DNA of 64,000 bases from Chthoniobacterales bacterium (GTDB lineage: Bacteria; Verrucomicrobiota; Verrucomicrobiia; Chthoniobacterales; UBA6821), in contig JBIIGI010000004.1 in NCBI GenBank assembly GCA_044236545.1, positions 6,094 through 70,093 of the forward strand, written 5' to 3'. Under the pieces are notes generated by a model that did not search any database, was not told where the DNA came from, and saw only the letters and a list, made by a program, of their open reading frames with translations. Below are positions 55,962 to 64,000 of this stretch, in pieces. The position numbers and the translations under genes are program-made. Numbering within the stretch: position 1 is the first letter of the stretch; every line of letters starts with the position of its first letter.

Positions 55962-57002
55962 TCAGCTACTCCTGATCGAGGCGGCAAGCTTCCCCGCCAC
56001 ATCCGAGATCGTCAGGGAAACCGGACTTCCGGGTGATGAAATGGTCAATGGAGTGCCCTCGTCGCCCGCGATCCTGAGCGCGGGATCCAGAGGAAGGGAG
56101 CCGAGGAACGGGACTCCCAGGCGCAACGCCTCCCTCTCCCCTCCCCCGCTGCCAAAGATCTCATGCCGGCGCCCCTCGGGATCGATGAATCCCGACATGT
56201 TCTCAAGGATTCCGAGAATCGGCACATTCGTCTTGGCGAACATCGAGACCGCCTTGCGCGCATCGATCAGGGCCACTTCCTGCGGCGTCGTCACGATCAC
56301 CGCACCGGCCAGCGGGACCGTCTGCACGATCGTCAACTGGATGTCACCCGTGCCTGGCGGGAGATCAAGAACCAGCACATCCAGATCGCCCCAGAGGACG
56401 TTGCGGAGGAACTGCTGAGTATAACGTGTCACCATCGGGCCCCTCAGGACCGCCGGGGAATCTTCCTCAAGAAGCAACCCCATCGACATCATGCGGAGGC
56501 CATGGCGAATCACCGGCTCGATCCGGCCCTCCTCGTCGGCATAGGGACGCTCCTTGGCACCGCACATCATGGCGACGCTCGGACCATAGAGGTCGCAGTC
56601 GCAGAGACCGACACGCAGTCCCTTGGCATGAAGCGCCGCGGCGAGATTGACGGCCACCGTCGATTTACCGACCCCGCCTTTGCCGCTTGCCACGGCGATC
56701 ACATGGCGCACTCCGGGAATCGGAACCGGCCCCTGGCCTCCGGACTGGACGGGTGCCTGCACATCCACCAGGACCTTCACCGGGGGCATCCCCGCCTCGG
56801 CGGCAAGGGCCTGCGCGACGCGGTTGCGAAGCTCCGATGCGACTCCCGTGTCATTGGTCGCGATCACCAACTGGACAACGACCTCGGTTCCGATCGTGAT
56901 GCCGCGGACCACGCCGAAGGAGATAATGTCACGGCTGAACCCCGGGTAAGGGACCTTGGAAAGGAGATTGCGTATCTGTTGCTCGTCGGGTCGGAGAATC
57001 AT
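55962..57002 (-). CDS. mrp: Mrp/NBP35 (ApbC) family Fe-S cluster carrier ATPase
   Basis: 346 aa. Deviant Walker A VASGKGGVGKST, N-terminal DUF59-like domain, CxxC (CDCDLYGPS region). Confidence 0.9.
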   Translation of the reverse strand: MILRPDEQQIRNLLSKVPYPGFSRDIISFGVVRGITIGTEVVVQLVIATNDTGVASELRNRVAQALAAEAGMPPVKVLVDVQAPVQSGGQGPVPIPGVRHVIAVASGKGGVGKSTVAVNLAAALHAKGLRVGLCDCDLYGPSVAMMCGAKERPYADEEGRIEPVIRHGLRMMSMGLLLEEDSPAVLRGPMVTRYTQQFLRNVLWGDLDVLVLDLPPGTGDIQLTIVQTVPLAGAVIVTTPQEVALIDARKAVSMFAKTNVPILGILENMSGFIDPEGRRHEIFGSGGGEREALRLGVPFLGSLPLDPALRIAGDEGTPLTISSPGSPVSLTISDVAGKLAASIRSS

Positions 57003-57013
57003 GGTTTATAAAG

Positions 57014-58435
57014 CTAGCAGGATTTCCGCAGATGGCTCGGCAGAATCCCGAGTTGCTCCCTGTATTTTGCGATGGTTCTCCTGGCAACCTTGAGGCCCCC
57101 CTCCGCAAGCGCCTCGACAATCTCCTGATCACTCAGCGGGGTGCGGGGCATTTCCTTCTCCACCATCTCGCGGATCGCTTCCTTGACCGTCTCGTTGCTG
57201 ACCGAACTGCCGTCGGAATTCTGGAAACCCGGCGTGAAGAAATAGCGTATCTCGAAGAGTCCCTGTGGGGTTTCCATGTACTTGCCGGAAACGGCGCGGC
57301 TCACCGTGGTGACATGGAGACCCACGGCGTCGGCAATCTGCGCCATGATGAGTGGCTTGAGGGCGGAGGTGCCACGGCGGAAAAACTCCTCCTGGCGGGA
57401 GACGATCTGGTTGCCGATGGCCAGAAGGGTCTGCTGACGCTGCTCCAGACTGCGCATGAAGAACCGGGCGCCGCGGATCTTCTCCCTGAGATAGAGAAGC
57501 AACTCCTCGTTCTGGCCGCGTCCGGCAAGCAGCTCCTTGTATTCCTTGTTGATCTTGAGGCGTGGAAGCTCCTCCTCGTTCAAGCGGACAAGGAAACCGT
57601 CCTCCAGACCATCCCCGTCGGACTTCGGGACCACGATCAGGTCGGGGATCACGCCCTGCTCATGGGCCTCCGCATAGGGACGTCCCGGTTTCGGCTCGAG
57701 CGTGGCGATCAGCCTCGCCGCGGCGGAGACATCGGAGATGGGAACGCGCAACTCCCTCGCGATCTCATCGTAGCGATGCCTGGCAAGCCTTCCAAGATGG
57801 TGGCGCAGGATCCTGACGGCCAGACCATTCCCCTCACCCCGCCGTTGCAACTGCAGGACCAGGCAGTCGGCAAGATCGCGTGCTCCGACTCCTGGGGGTT
57901 CGAATTCCCTCACCTTTGCCAGCACCCCCTCCAGAACATGTTCGGGAACCCCCGCCGAGAGGGCCAACTCCTCCCGGGAAGTGCGGAGGTAACCGTCCTG
58001 GTCAAGGTTTCCGGCGATCAGCCCGACCAACTCACACTCCCCGGGATCAAAGCCGGCCGCCTGCCCGATGACGAATTCACGGAGCGTCGGGCGCGTGGAG
58101 AGTGAGTCGAAAAGATGCCTCCTGCGCTCCTCCGCCTCGGCAGAAAACGTGCCGGATCCGGAATGTTGCGGCATGTAGTCCCGCCATTCCTCATGCAGCG
58201 ACGAGGTGATGCCCGCGGATGGCTCGGCGGCTGAATCCTCCGGCGGCGGCTCGGCGGGATCGGATCGTTCAGCCTGCGGCGGCTCCTCCTCCAGAAGGGG
58301 ATTGGAGGCCAGCTCGGCAGCCACGAGTTGGCGGAGTTCCGCCACGGGAGTCTGCAGGAGTTGCAGACTCTGCTGCATCTGCGGCGAGAGAGCCTGCTGC
58401 TGCGCGACTCCCGCGATGAGTTCCATTCCTGCCAT
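57014..58435 (-). CDS. rpoN: RNA polymerase sigma-54 factor
   Basis: Gln-rich region I (LSPQMQQSLQLLQ), C-terminal RpoN box ARRTIAKYREQLGI. The ORF-track start at 58495 is a TTG; ATG at 58435 (or 58426) preferred. Confidence 0.93.
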   Translation of the reverse strand: MAGMELIAGVAQQQALSPQMQQSLQLLQTPVAELRQLVAAELASNPLLEEEPPQAERSDPAEPPPEDSAAEPSAGITSSLHEEWRDYMPQHSGSGTFSAEAEERRRHLFDSLSTRPTLREFVIGQAAGFDPGECELVGLIAGNLDQDGYLRTSREELALSAGVPEHVLEGVLAKVREFEPPGVGARDLADCLVLQLQRRGEGNGLAVRILRHHLGRLARHRYDEIARELRVPISDVSAAARLIATLEPKPGRPYAEAHEQGVIPDLIVVPKSDGDGLEDGFLVRLNEEELPRLKINKEYKELLAGRGQNEELLLYLREKIRGARFFMRSLEQRQQTLLAIGNQIVSRQEEFFRRGTSALKPLIMAQIADAVGLHVTTVSRAVSGKYMETPQGLFEIRYFFTPGFQNSDGSSVSNETVKEAIREMVEKEMPRTPLSDQEIVEALAEGGLKVARRTIAKYREQLGILPSHLRKSC

Positions 58436-58502
58436 CACCCCAAGGGTGATGATGCAACAAGAGAAGGCAAGCAACTTTTGGGCCAACAATCCCAAGTCGA
58501 AG

Positions 58503-58637
58503 GCGGGATGCGCCGTGGCGCAGGAGATGTAGATAGAGGATAGGAGTTCGGGCTGATGCGCCGAGCGAGCATGGAGATGGGATAGAGGAGATAGGAGTTG
58601 GGGACTGAGTCAAAGGCGGCAGCCAACAGCCCAAGCC
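58503..58637. repeat. family-5 REP-like array, copy 1 (two tandem ~48-bp hairpin units plus a CCAACAGCCC word)
   Basis: Units gatgcgcc-gt-ggcgcaggagatgtagatagaggataggagtt and gatgcgccgagcgagcatggagatgggatagaggagataggagtt, followed by cagccaacagcccaagcc. Confidence 0.8.
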
Positions 58638-58644
58638 TCCACTG

Positions 58645-58914
58645 ATGTTGTCAATGGGCCGGCGATGCCATAGATTCATGGGGATGAGAAGCGTTGGCCA
58701 AGTTGACAAAGCTCCCGAGCGAGTGCCGGCTTCCCCCGAGGTGGCGGATCGCGCGGCGGATCTCGTGCGCCGTTTTTCGGAGTGTTTTTGGTTCCGTCAT
58801 CCGGATGCCGCGATTCGTTTCACCGACGATGTGAGGTTGGTGATCGAGCATCTCCGTGATTACGGGGACAAGAGGGCCTGGGATGCCGCCGCAGAGTTGC
58901 AGCGCTCTCTGTAA
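58645..58914 (+). CDS. small hypothetical protein upstream of the nucleotidyltransferase (candidate cognate partner)
   Basis: 89-aa ORF; the true start may be internal. The conserved-looking part is ADLVRRFSECFWFRHPDAAIRFTDDVRLVIEHLRDYGDKRAWDAAAEL. Its stop lies 10 nt before the next gene. No HTH recognised. Confidence 0.45.
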   Translation: MLSMGRRCHRFMGMRSVGQVDKAPERVPASPEVADRAADLVRRFSECFWFRHPDAAIRFTDDVRLVIEHLRDYGDKRAWDAAAELQRSL

Positions 58915-58924
58915 CAGCCAACGA

Positions 58925-59734
58925 ATGCCCCTCACGCCGTTCCAGAAGGAGGTTCTGAAGGTTCTGGTCTCCAATCGTTCGGAGCAGAGCCATGTGGCCG
59001 GAGGATTGGTGCTGAACGCGCCTGAGAATTCGTCCCGGTATTCAAGGGATTTCGATTTCTTCCACGAAGCGGTGGAGGATCTGGTCATCGCAAGCGAGCA
59101 GGACGTGAGGTCGTTGGAGGAATCCGGTTTTCATGTGCAGAAGGTCGGGCGTGACAATGAGTGGTCGAAGCCGGTTTCCTTCAGGAAGGCCTATGTCACG
59201 AGGGACGGTGAGAAACTTGAGCTGGACTGGGCTCATGATTCGGCGTTTCGTTTTTTTCCAATCGTTCCCGACGAGTTGTTGGGATGGAGACTGCATCTCT
59301 TCGACATGGCCACAAACAAGGCGCTGGCCTTATCCGCCCGGATGGAGACGCGTGATTATGTCGACATGGTCGAGCTTTCCCGCCGTTTTCCCTTGGAATC
59401 AATTGTCTGGGCAGCTTGTGGAAAGGATCCGGGTTTCAATCCGCTGTCGCTGTTCAAGATGATGATGAGGTTTGCCCGGATCGATCCCGCAAAGCTGGAG
59501 GAGATTCAAGCGCGGAACCTGGATCCAGTCGCCCTGAAGGAAGAGTGGATCATGGTTTCCGACAAGGCCCGGGAGGAAATGACCCTCTTGGCTGATGAGC
59601 AAACGGAAATGCCGATCGGGGTCGCCTTCGTGAATGAACACGGGCATCCGGGATGGATCCGCTCGAACCCATCCCTCAAGATTCACCATCCCTCTCTCCG
59701 CGGATGCTGGCCATCGCTCACGGGCGGGAGATAG
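58925..59734 (+). CDS. AbiEii/AbiGii-like nucleotidyltransferase family protein
   Basis: 269 aa from ATG 58925. NTase-fold motif VAGGLVLN...SRYSRDFDFF (GG...S.D.D) and the downstream TRDYVDMVEL box typical of DUF1814/AbiEii. Confidence 0.65.
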   Translation: MPLTPFQKEVLKVLVSNRSEQSHVAGGLVLNAPENSSRYSRDFDFFHEAVEDLVIASEQDVRSLEESGFHVQKVGRDNEWSKPVSFRKAYVTRDGEKLELDWAHDSAFRFFPIVPDELLGWRLHLFDMATNKALALSARMETRDYVDMVELSRRFPLESIVWAACGKDPGFNPLSLFKMMMRFARIDPAKLEEIQARNLDPVALKEEWIMVSDKAREEMTLLADEQTEMPIGVAFVNEHGHPGWIRSNPSLKIHHPSLRGCWPSLTGGR

Positions 59735-59944
59735 GCGGTTGAGACGAAGTAGCGGGAGGCGCCCCTGCGGGGCGGAAGATGGGATATAGGATATAGGAAC
59801 CAAGCCGCTTGGAAGCGGCGCGGTAGACTGAGAGCGCAGCGAACAGCCCTGAAAGGGCGCCACGGCTTCCGGGAGGAAGTGGCGTCAAATTGTAGATAGC
59901 AGATGGGATCCAAGCCACCCCAACAGCCCAACAGCCCAACAGCC
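59735..59944. repeat. family-5 REP-like array, copy 2
   Basis: Hairpin cgcccc-tgc-ggggcg followed by gaagatgggatataggatatagga. Hairpin ccgctt-gg-aagcgg. Terminal (CCAACAGC)x3 at 59918-59944. Same module order and orientation as copy 1. Confidence 0.8.
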
Positions 59945-61344
59945 TAGTGCCCTCCCCGGCTGATCTTCACAGCGTCACCGGCGTTGCCACTCAGTCGGGC
60001 CCAGGAGAAGGCGTAGAGCGCGATGACCAGGAATGAAAAGAGCGGCACAATGAACCCCGGAGACATCAGTTTGTCGACCTCACCCTGTTCCTGAATCCGT
60101 CCGTACCAGCCGCTGAACACCCCGTATTCGTCGCTGCACCATCCCATCAGCTTCGGCATGAGAGCCCCTCCCATGATCGCCATGACGATGTAGGCCGAGG
60201 CGATCTTGGCGCGTTTCCCGAGTCCCCAGATCCCGAGGGCAAAGATCGTCGGGAACATCACCGACATGAAGAAGAAGCTCAGGAAGAGAGCCGCCACCGA
60301 GATCCAACCGAGCTTCAGAAAGATCACGGCCATCAGCAGCGCATTGATGAGGGCGTAGAGTCCCAGCAGGAGATGTGGCTTCACTGCGGCCGAGAGCCAC
60401 GAGCCGGTGAAGCGCCCCGCCACGAAGACCAGGAAGGCGATGCTCAGAAGGCTTGTCGCCCCCTTTTCACTGAAGAAATCCAGACCGTTCAGCGCCTGAT
60501 GATGGACCCCCTTGGCCCCGCCGATCAGCCAGGAACCGGTGAGCCACTCCGGCAGCGGAGGGGTGTCCGAGACGATGTAGTTGATGAAAAAGCTGAAGAT
60601 GCCCGCCTGGGCGGCAACGTAGAAAAACTGCGCGACCACGGCCCCGGGAAAGTGAAGATGGCGCCAGATCGAGCCCGCGGGAGCCTCCTCCTCCGCCGAT
60701 CCGTAGGCATCCTCGGTGTCGAGTTCCGGCAGCGGAGCCACCGTGAAGAGGGCCGCGATCAGCAGGACAAAGACCGCAAGGAACAGGTAGGGAATGTAGA
60801 GCGTCTTGTTGGCCGCCTCCGCCCCCTCGCCCGAGTAGAAGAACATCCCCCCGACAATCGGGCCCAGGGGCCAGCCGAGCCCGTTGAAGGATGCTGCAAG
60901 ATTGATGCGGGCGGCCGCGTAGCGCCGGTCACCCAGCACCGTTGCGTAGGGATTGGCGATCGTCTCCAGGAAGGTCAGCCCCATGGCCACGAGGCAGACC
61001 CCCAGCAGGAAGGCCCAGAACTGCTGGATATGGGTTGCCGGGATGAACCAGAACCCGCCCAGCGAGACGAGGAGCAGGCCCGTGATGATCCCCCTGCGGT
61101 AGCCAAATTTCTGGGCAAGCCAGCCGGCGGGGAGCGCGATCAGGAAATAGCCGAGGTAGTGGGCGAACTGGACCCATGCCGACTGGGAGCGGCTGAGATG
61201 GAGCAGATCCTGGAAATGCTTGTCCATGGTGTCGATCATGGAGTTGCAGAAGGCCCAGAGGAAAAAGAGCGTCGAGACGAGGGCAAACGTCACGGCGTAG
61301 CTTTTTCCATCGGGGGAACGGAACATCGCGGGGAGATTGGTCAT
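59944..61344 (-). CDS. fucP: MFS sugar:H+ symporter, L-fucose permease family
   Basis: 466 aa from ATG 61344. LFFLWAFCNSMID..., GYFLIALPAG..., LETIANPYATVLG align by eye with E. coli FucP. Substrate not certain. Confidence 0.75.
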   Translation of the reverse strand: MTNLPAMFRSPDGKSYAVTFALVSTLFFLWAFCNSMIDTMDKHFQDLLHLSRSQSAWVQFAHYLGYFLIALPAGWLAQKFGYRRGIITGLLLVSLGGFWFIPATHIQQFWAFLLGVCLVAMGLTFLETIANPYATVLGDRRYAAARINLAASFNGLGWPLGPIVGGMFFYSGEGAEAANKTLYIPYLFLAVFVLLIAALFTVAPLPELDTEDAYGSAEEEAPAGSIWRHLHFPGAVVAQFFYVAAQAGIFSFFINYIVSDTPPLPEWLTGSWLIGGAKGVHHQALNGLDFFSEKGATSLLSIAFLVFVAGRFTGSWLSAAVKPHLLLGLYALINALLMAVIFLKLGWISVAALFLSFFFMSVMFPTIFALGIWGLGKRAKIASAYIVMAIMGGALMPKLMGWCSDEYGVFSGWYGRIQEQGEVDKLMSPGFIVPLFSFLVIALYAFSWARLSGNAGDAVKISRGGH

Positions 61345-61463
61345 GGGGGTTGTGATGTGGAATCCCCTCCGTATGAGAACGGGAATCCGCATCATCAGAG
61401 CGGATGATCAGGATGATGAAAAGCGCTCATTCACGCAAAACGCGGACGCATCCGAAACGAAGA

Positions 61464-61489
61464 AAGCCGCCCGGTTCACGGGCGGTTTT
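61464..61489. terminator. bidirectional hairpin terminator downstream of the dioxygenase gene
   Basis: gccgcccg-gttca-cgggcgg stem-loop flanked by aaa on the 5' side and tttt on the 3' side. Confidence 0.65.
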
Positions 61490-61522
61490 CAGGAGCTGGG
61501 AAACAATCCGATCGGGAAAACG

Positions 61523-62437
61523 CTAGCAGATCAAACCGCGCTTGCCGGCAGGGCCGTGGGCGATCGGGTTCTCACCGACCCAGCGTTCATCGACCGGTTC
61601 GTCCGCGCGCTGGTAGCGCGTGTCGGTGGAGAGGCGGATGCGTTGGGTGGTGTTGTCGATACTGCCGTGGATGGTGTCCATGCGGAAGGTGAGCAGGTCA
61701 CCGGGGCTGAACTCCGAGGTGAGCCAGCGTCCCCCGAACTTCTGTCGGAGGGAGCGCGGATTATTGGAGAGCTGGCCGCCGTGCTTCCACCCGTCGTGAC
61801 CCGGGATATTGGTGCAGCTCGTATCGACGTCCGACTCGAGATAGTTTTTGATGCGCTCCGCCTGAAGGTGCGATTTTTCCAGGATCATGAGGCCGCCGAC
61901 TTCCAGCGGCACCTCGCCGTAGGGGACCCAGGCGGTGTAGAGGCGGTGTGTTCCGCGTCCCATGTAGACGATGTCGCAATGAGGGGGAGTCCCGTGACCG
62001 CATCCCATGGTACGGAGCCAGACATAGTCGAAATGCCGGATCGTTCCCCCGAGGAAGCCGGTGTAGAACTCCTTCACTTCGGGGCCGAAGACCACGCGGT
62101 TGAGCGCTGGTTGGTTTTTCCAGGCCGTGTCGTTGAATTTCGGATGGACTCCCTGTTTGAGGATCCCGTCGGCAAGTGGTTCGCCCGGCTCGAAGATCTC
62201 CCCCGGCTCGAGCGTGTTCAACAGCGCCATGCGGGCTTCCAGAATGATGTCCCGGGGGAAGAATCCCCTGATGTAGAGGTATCCGTTCTCCTCCATGCTT
62301 TTGCGGAGCGCCTCGGGGTTGTTCCGGATCGCCGAGGAGTCCTCGAGCCAGCCGAAGGAATGCTCGTCGGTTTCGAGTTCGTGACCGATCGAGGTGATGG
62401 TGCGTTTGACTGTTGCGGGATGCAGTGTTGTTTGCAT
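61523..62437 (-). CDS. phytanoyl-CoA dioxygenase (PhyH) family Fe(II)/2-oxoglutarate oxygenase
   Basis: 304 aa. HxD (PPHCDIV) and distal His (TIHGSIDN) facial-triad pattern. PhyH-like N-terminus. Confidence 0.7.
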   Translation of the reverse strand: MQTTLHPATVKRTITSIGHELETDEHSFGWLEDSSAIRNNPEALRKSMEENGYLYIRGFFPRDIILEARMALLNTLEPGEIFEPGEPLADGILKQGVHPKFNDTAWKNQPALNRVVFGPEVKEFYTGFLGGTIRHFDYVWLRTMGCGHGTPPHCDIVYMGRGTHRLYTAWVPYGEVPLEVGGLMILEKSHLQAERIKNYLESDVDTSCTNIPGHDGWKHGGQLSNNPRSLRQKFGGRWLTSEFSPGDLLTFRMDTIHGSIDNTTQRIRLSTDTRYQRADEPVDERWVGENPIAHGPAGKRGLIC

Positions 62438-62508
62438 GGAAAACCTATCGTCGGAACGGCGCTATTTTGGAATGGCTCCTTTGGTAAAAGACATGTAGTT
62501 TCTGGTAA

Positions 62509-63348
62509 ATGAGACTCCCCTCGCCGAACCGCTGGAAGTCCTCCCTTGCGCCGTTACCACGTGGCTCTTCAGGCATTGGTGATCTGACGCTGGCAGGCAC
62601 GCTCGCGGGATCGCGCGGCATTTCACGCCAAAAACCACGGGTTTTCGATCAATGGGCCCTCGTGTATCTCGTGGGAGGAGCTGGAAGCTATCACGACGAC
62701 CGCGGCACCGAGATGCCGGTGAGGCCCGGCGATGTGATCCTCGTCTTTCCCGAACTGGCCCACTCCTACGGACCACCTGCCGGCGGGGAATGGGACGAGC
62801 TCTACGTCTGCTTCAGGGGCCCTGCCTTCGAGGCATGGCGGGAGAGCGGCCTCCTCGACATCCGCCGCCCCGTCTTCCCCTGGCATCCACCCGAGCGCGG
62901 ACTACCGCTCATGCAGGAATTCTTCGGGCTACTGGGCCGCCGGGGCGTCACCATGCTTGATGCAACGTGCCATTGGCAGTGCATGATGGCCCGGATCTTC
63001 GCCAACCGGGCGGAGGCGCCCCGCGGACCGGCCCAACCGGAATGGTTCCTGCACGCCCTCGACCTGCTTGAGCGCCGTCAAGTCGAGGGCGAACGCGGAC
63101 TCCGTGCCGTCGCCGCGGAATGCGGGATGGGTTACAAGAACTTCCGGAAAAAATTCGCCCTCATCGCGGGCCAGCCACCGGGTCGCTACGCGCTGGGGCG
63201 ACGGATCGAACGGGCACGCTCCCTCCTGGCACGGCACCGATTCACCAACAAGGAACTGGCCGACCTGCTCGGATTCCACGACGAGTTCCACTTCGCCAAA
63301 ACCTTCAGGAAACTGACCGGACGCACACCCCGCGAACACGCCGGCTGA
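62509..63348 (+). CDS. AraC family transcriptional regulator (cupin sensor + HTH)
   Basis: 279 aa. C-terminal AraC HTH (NKELADLLGFHDEFHFAKTFRKLTGRTPREH). Divergent from the dioxygenase gene. Confidence 0.85.
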   Translation: MRLPSPNRWKSSLAPLPRGSSGIGDLTLAGTLAGSRGISRQKPRVFDQWALVYLVGGAGSYHDDRGTEMPVRPGDVILVFPELAHSYGPPAGGEWDELYVCFRGPAFEAWRESGLLDIRRPVFPWHPPERGLPLMQEFFGLLGRRGVTMLDATCHWQCMMARIFANRAEAPRGPAQPEWFLHALDLLERRQVEGERGLRAVAAECGMGYKNFRKKFALIAGQPPGRYALGRRIERARSLLARHRFTNKELADLLGFHDEFHFAKTFRKLTGRTPREHAG

Positions 63349-63354
63349 TCATCC

Positions 63355-63556
63355 CGCCTGCTGTTGGGCTGTTGGACTGGGCTCGCAATGTTGGAACGGA
63401 AGTTCTGATGGGCAGGCTCCTTAATCCTTAATCCCATATCCCATATCCCATATCCCATCTTCCGCCCCTCCGGGGCGCATCCCATCCTCCGCGCCTCGGC
63501 GCATTCCCCCCATCTCCTAACTTCCAACTACCATCTCCTGCGCCGTAGGCGCATCA
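63355..63556. repeat. family-5 REP-like array, copy 3 (inverted relative to copies 1 and 2)
   Basis: gctgttgggctgttggactgg, (CCTTAAT)x2, (CCCATAT)x3. Three hairpin units: cgcccc-tcc-ggggcg, gcgcc-tc-ggcgc, tgcgcc-gt-aggcgca. The reverse complement gcgccccggaggggcggaagatgggatatgggatatggg matches 59760-59798 at ~36/39. Confidence 0.8.
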
Positions 63557-63876
63557 GTTCCCTCGAGATAACGATGAGCGAGTTTATCGGTCACCTCTTG
63601 CCCCTCCACAGAACCATTCTCGCACCAGACCCTCAGAATATCGGGGCCATAATCCAAACCCGTGGGAAACAGCAGTGCACCATACTTGATTTCCAGTTTG
63701 GAAAAGACCAACGGATCCTTGAGCGGTTCCACCAATGGCCCCTCCAATGATTCCAGATCAGGAAAGAGATCCAGATCAAACACACGCCCATCCTTGAACT
63801 TCAAGCGCACAACCTGCCCCCCCATCGAGCGGGCATCGACCAGTTGGGTTGCTTCCGATGTCAGTGTCTGTTGCAT
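63517..63876 (-). CDS. DUF2442 domain protein
   Basis: 119 aa from ATG 63876. VVRLKFKDGRVFDLDL...LLFPTGLDYGPDIL is DUF2442-like. The C-terminal tail runs into the repeat array. Confidence 0.7.
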   Translation of the reverse strand: MQQTLTSEATQLVDARSMGGQVVRLKFKDGRVFDLDLFPDLESLEGPLVEPLKDPLVFSKLEIKYGALLFPTGLDYGPDILRVWCENGSVEGQEVTDKLAHRYLEGTDAPTAQEMVVGS

Positions 63877-63884
63877 CTTTCGTC

Positions 63885-64000
63885 CTATTCCAAGGGTGCA
63901 ATCTGGGGGATCGGCTTCATTTCTCTTGCGAGTTGCCAGCATACTGACAACTCACCCAAGTGAAGCATAGCCCATTCAATGACAAGGGCAACCGCCCTGG
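63885..64000 (-). CDS. DUF4160 domain protein, 3' end (continues beyond window end)
   Basis: Manual minus-strand translation ...RAVALVIEWAMLHLGELSVCWQLAREMKPIPQIAPLE* matches the remembered DUF4160 C-terminus (..EWa.lH..EL..nW.la..g.p...I.PLe). Stop lies 8 nt before the DUF2442 start. Confidence 0.55.
   Translation of the reverse strand, partial: RAVALVIEWAMLHLGELSVCWQLAREMKPIPQIAPLE

Noticed and set aside
60373-62512. Plus-strand ORFs 60373..61407 (344 aa) and 61337..62512 (391 aa).
   Set aside because: Antisense to the FucP-family permease and the PhyH-like dioxygenase. Composition is shadow-like.

Overview
GC-rich (by eye) bacterial chromosomal segment, densely coded on both strands and mostly core housekeeping. 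In window order: pyrR-pyrB; two exported GH1 glycosidase paralogs around a secreted unknown protein; a nitroreductase; the string tig-clpP-clpX-trmB-ECF sigma; an Opp/Dpp-type ABC transporter; gpmA, pepF, a PAS histidine kinase and bcp; gmd-fcl with a XylR-like regulator; fumC-mdh, hup and dcd; a SpmA/B-like membrane protein; vapBC next to two gene remnants; nuoE-nuoF; tRNA-Asn; a GT9 glycosyltransferase, sufE and a rhodanese; rpmB and rph; a TMTC-like TPR membrane protein; the complete F1Fo ATP synthase operon (atpBEFHAGDC); serA, glk, mrp and rpoN; an AbiEii-like nucleotidyltransferase pair; fucP-phyH-araC; and a DUF4160/DUF2442 pair. Gene content and SD-less CA-rich leaders suggest a PVC/Verrucomicrobiota-like organism, but this is inference only.

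I found no CRISPR array, rRNA, prophage or integrase. What the genes do not explain is a dense, modular set of intergenic repeats in at least five families. These are hairpin elements whose arms are built from 7-8 nt tandem 'words'. They include:
- a hairpin-flanked insertion carrying a four-helix-bundle (rRNA-IVS-type) gene inside the opp operon;
- a 368-bp MITE-like insertion with an 8-bp target-site duplication, nested in another repeat;
- REP-like hairpin arrays that bracket two small gene cassettes.

Many long ORFs in the six-frame track are antisense shadows of real genes and are rejected. All family assignments rest on motif and sequence recognition by eye; no searches were run.
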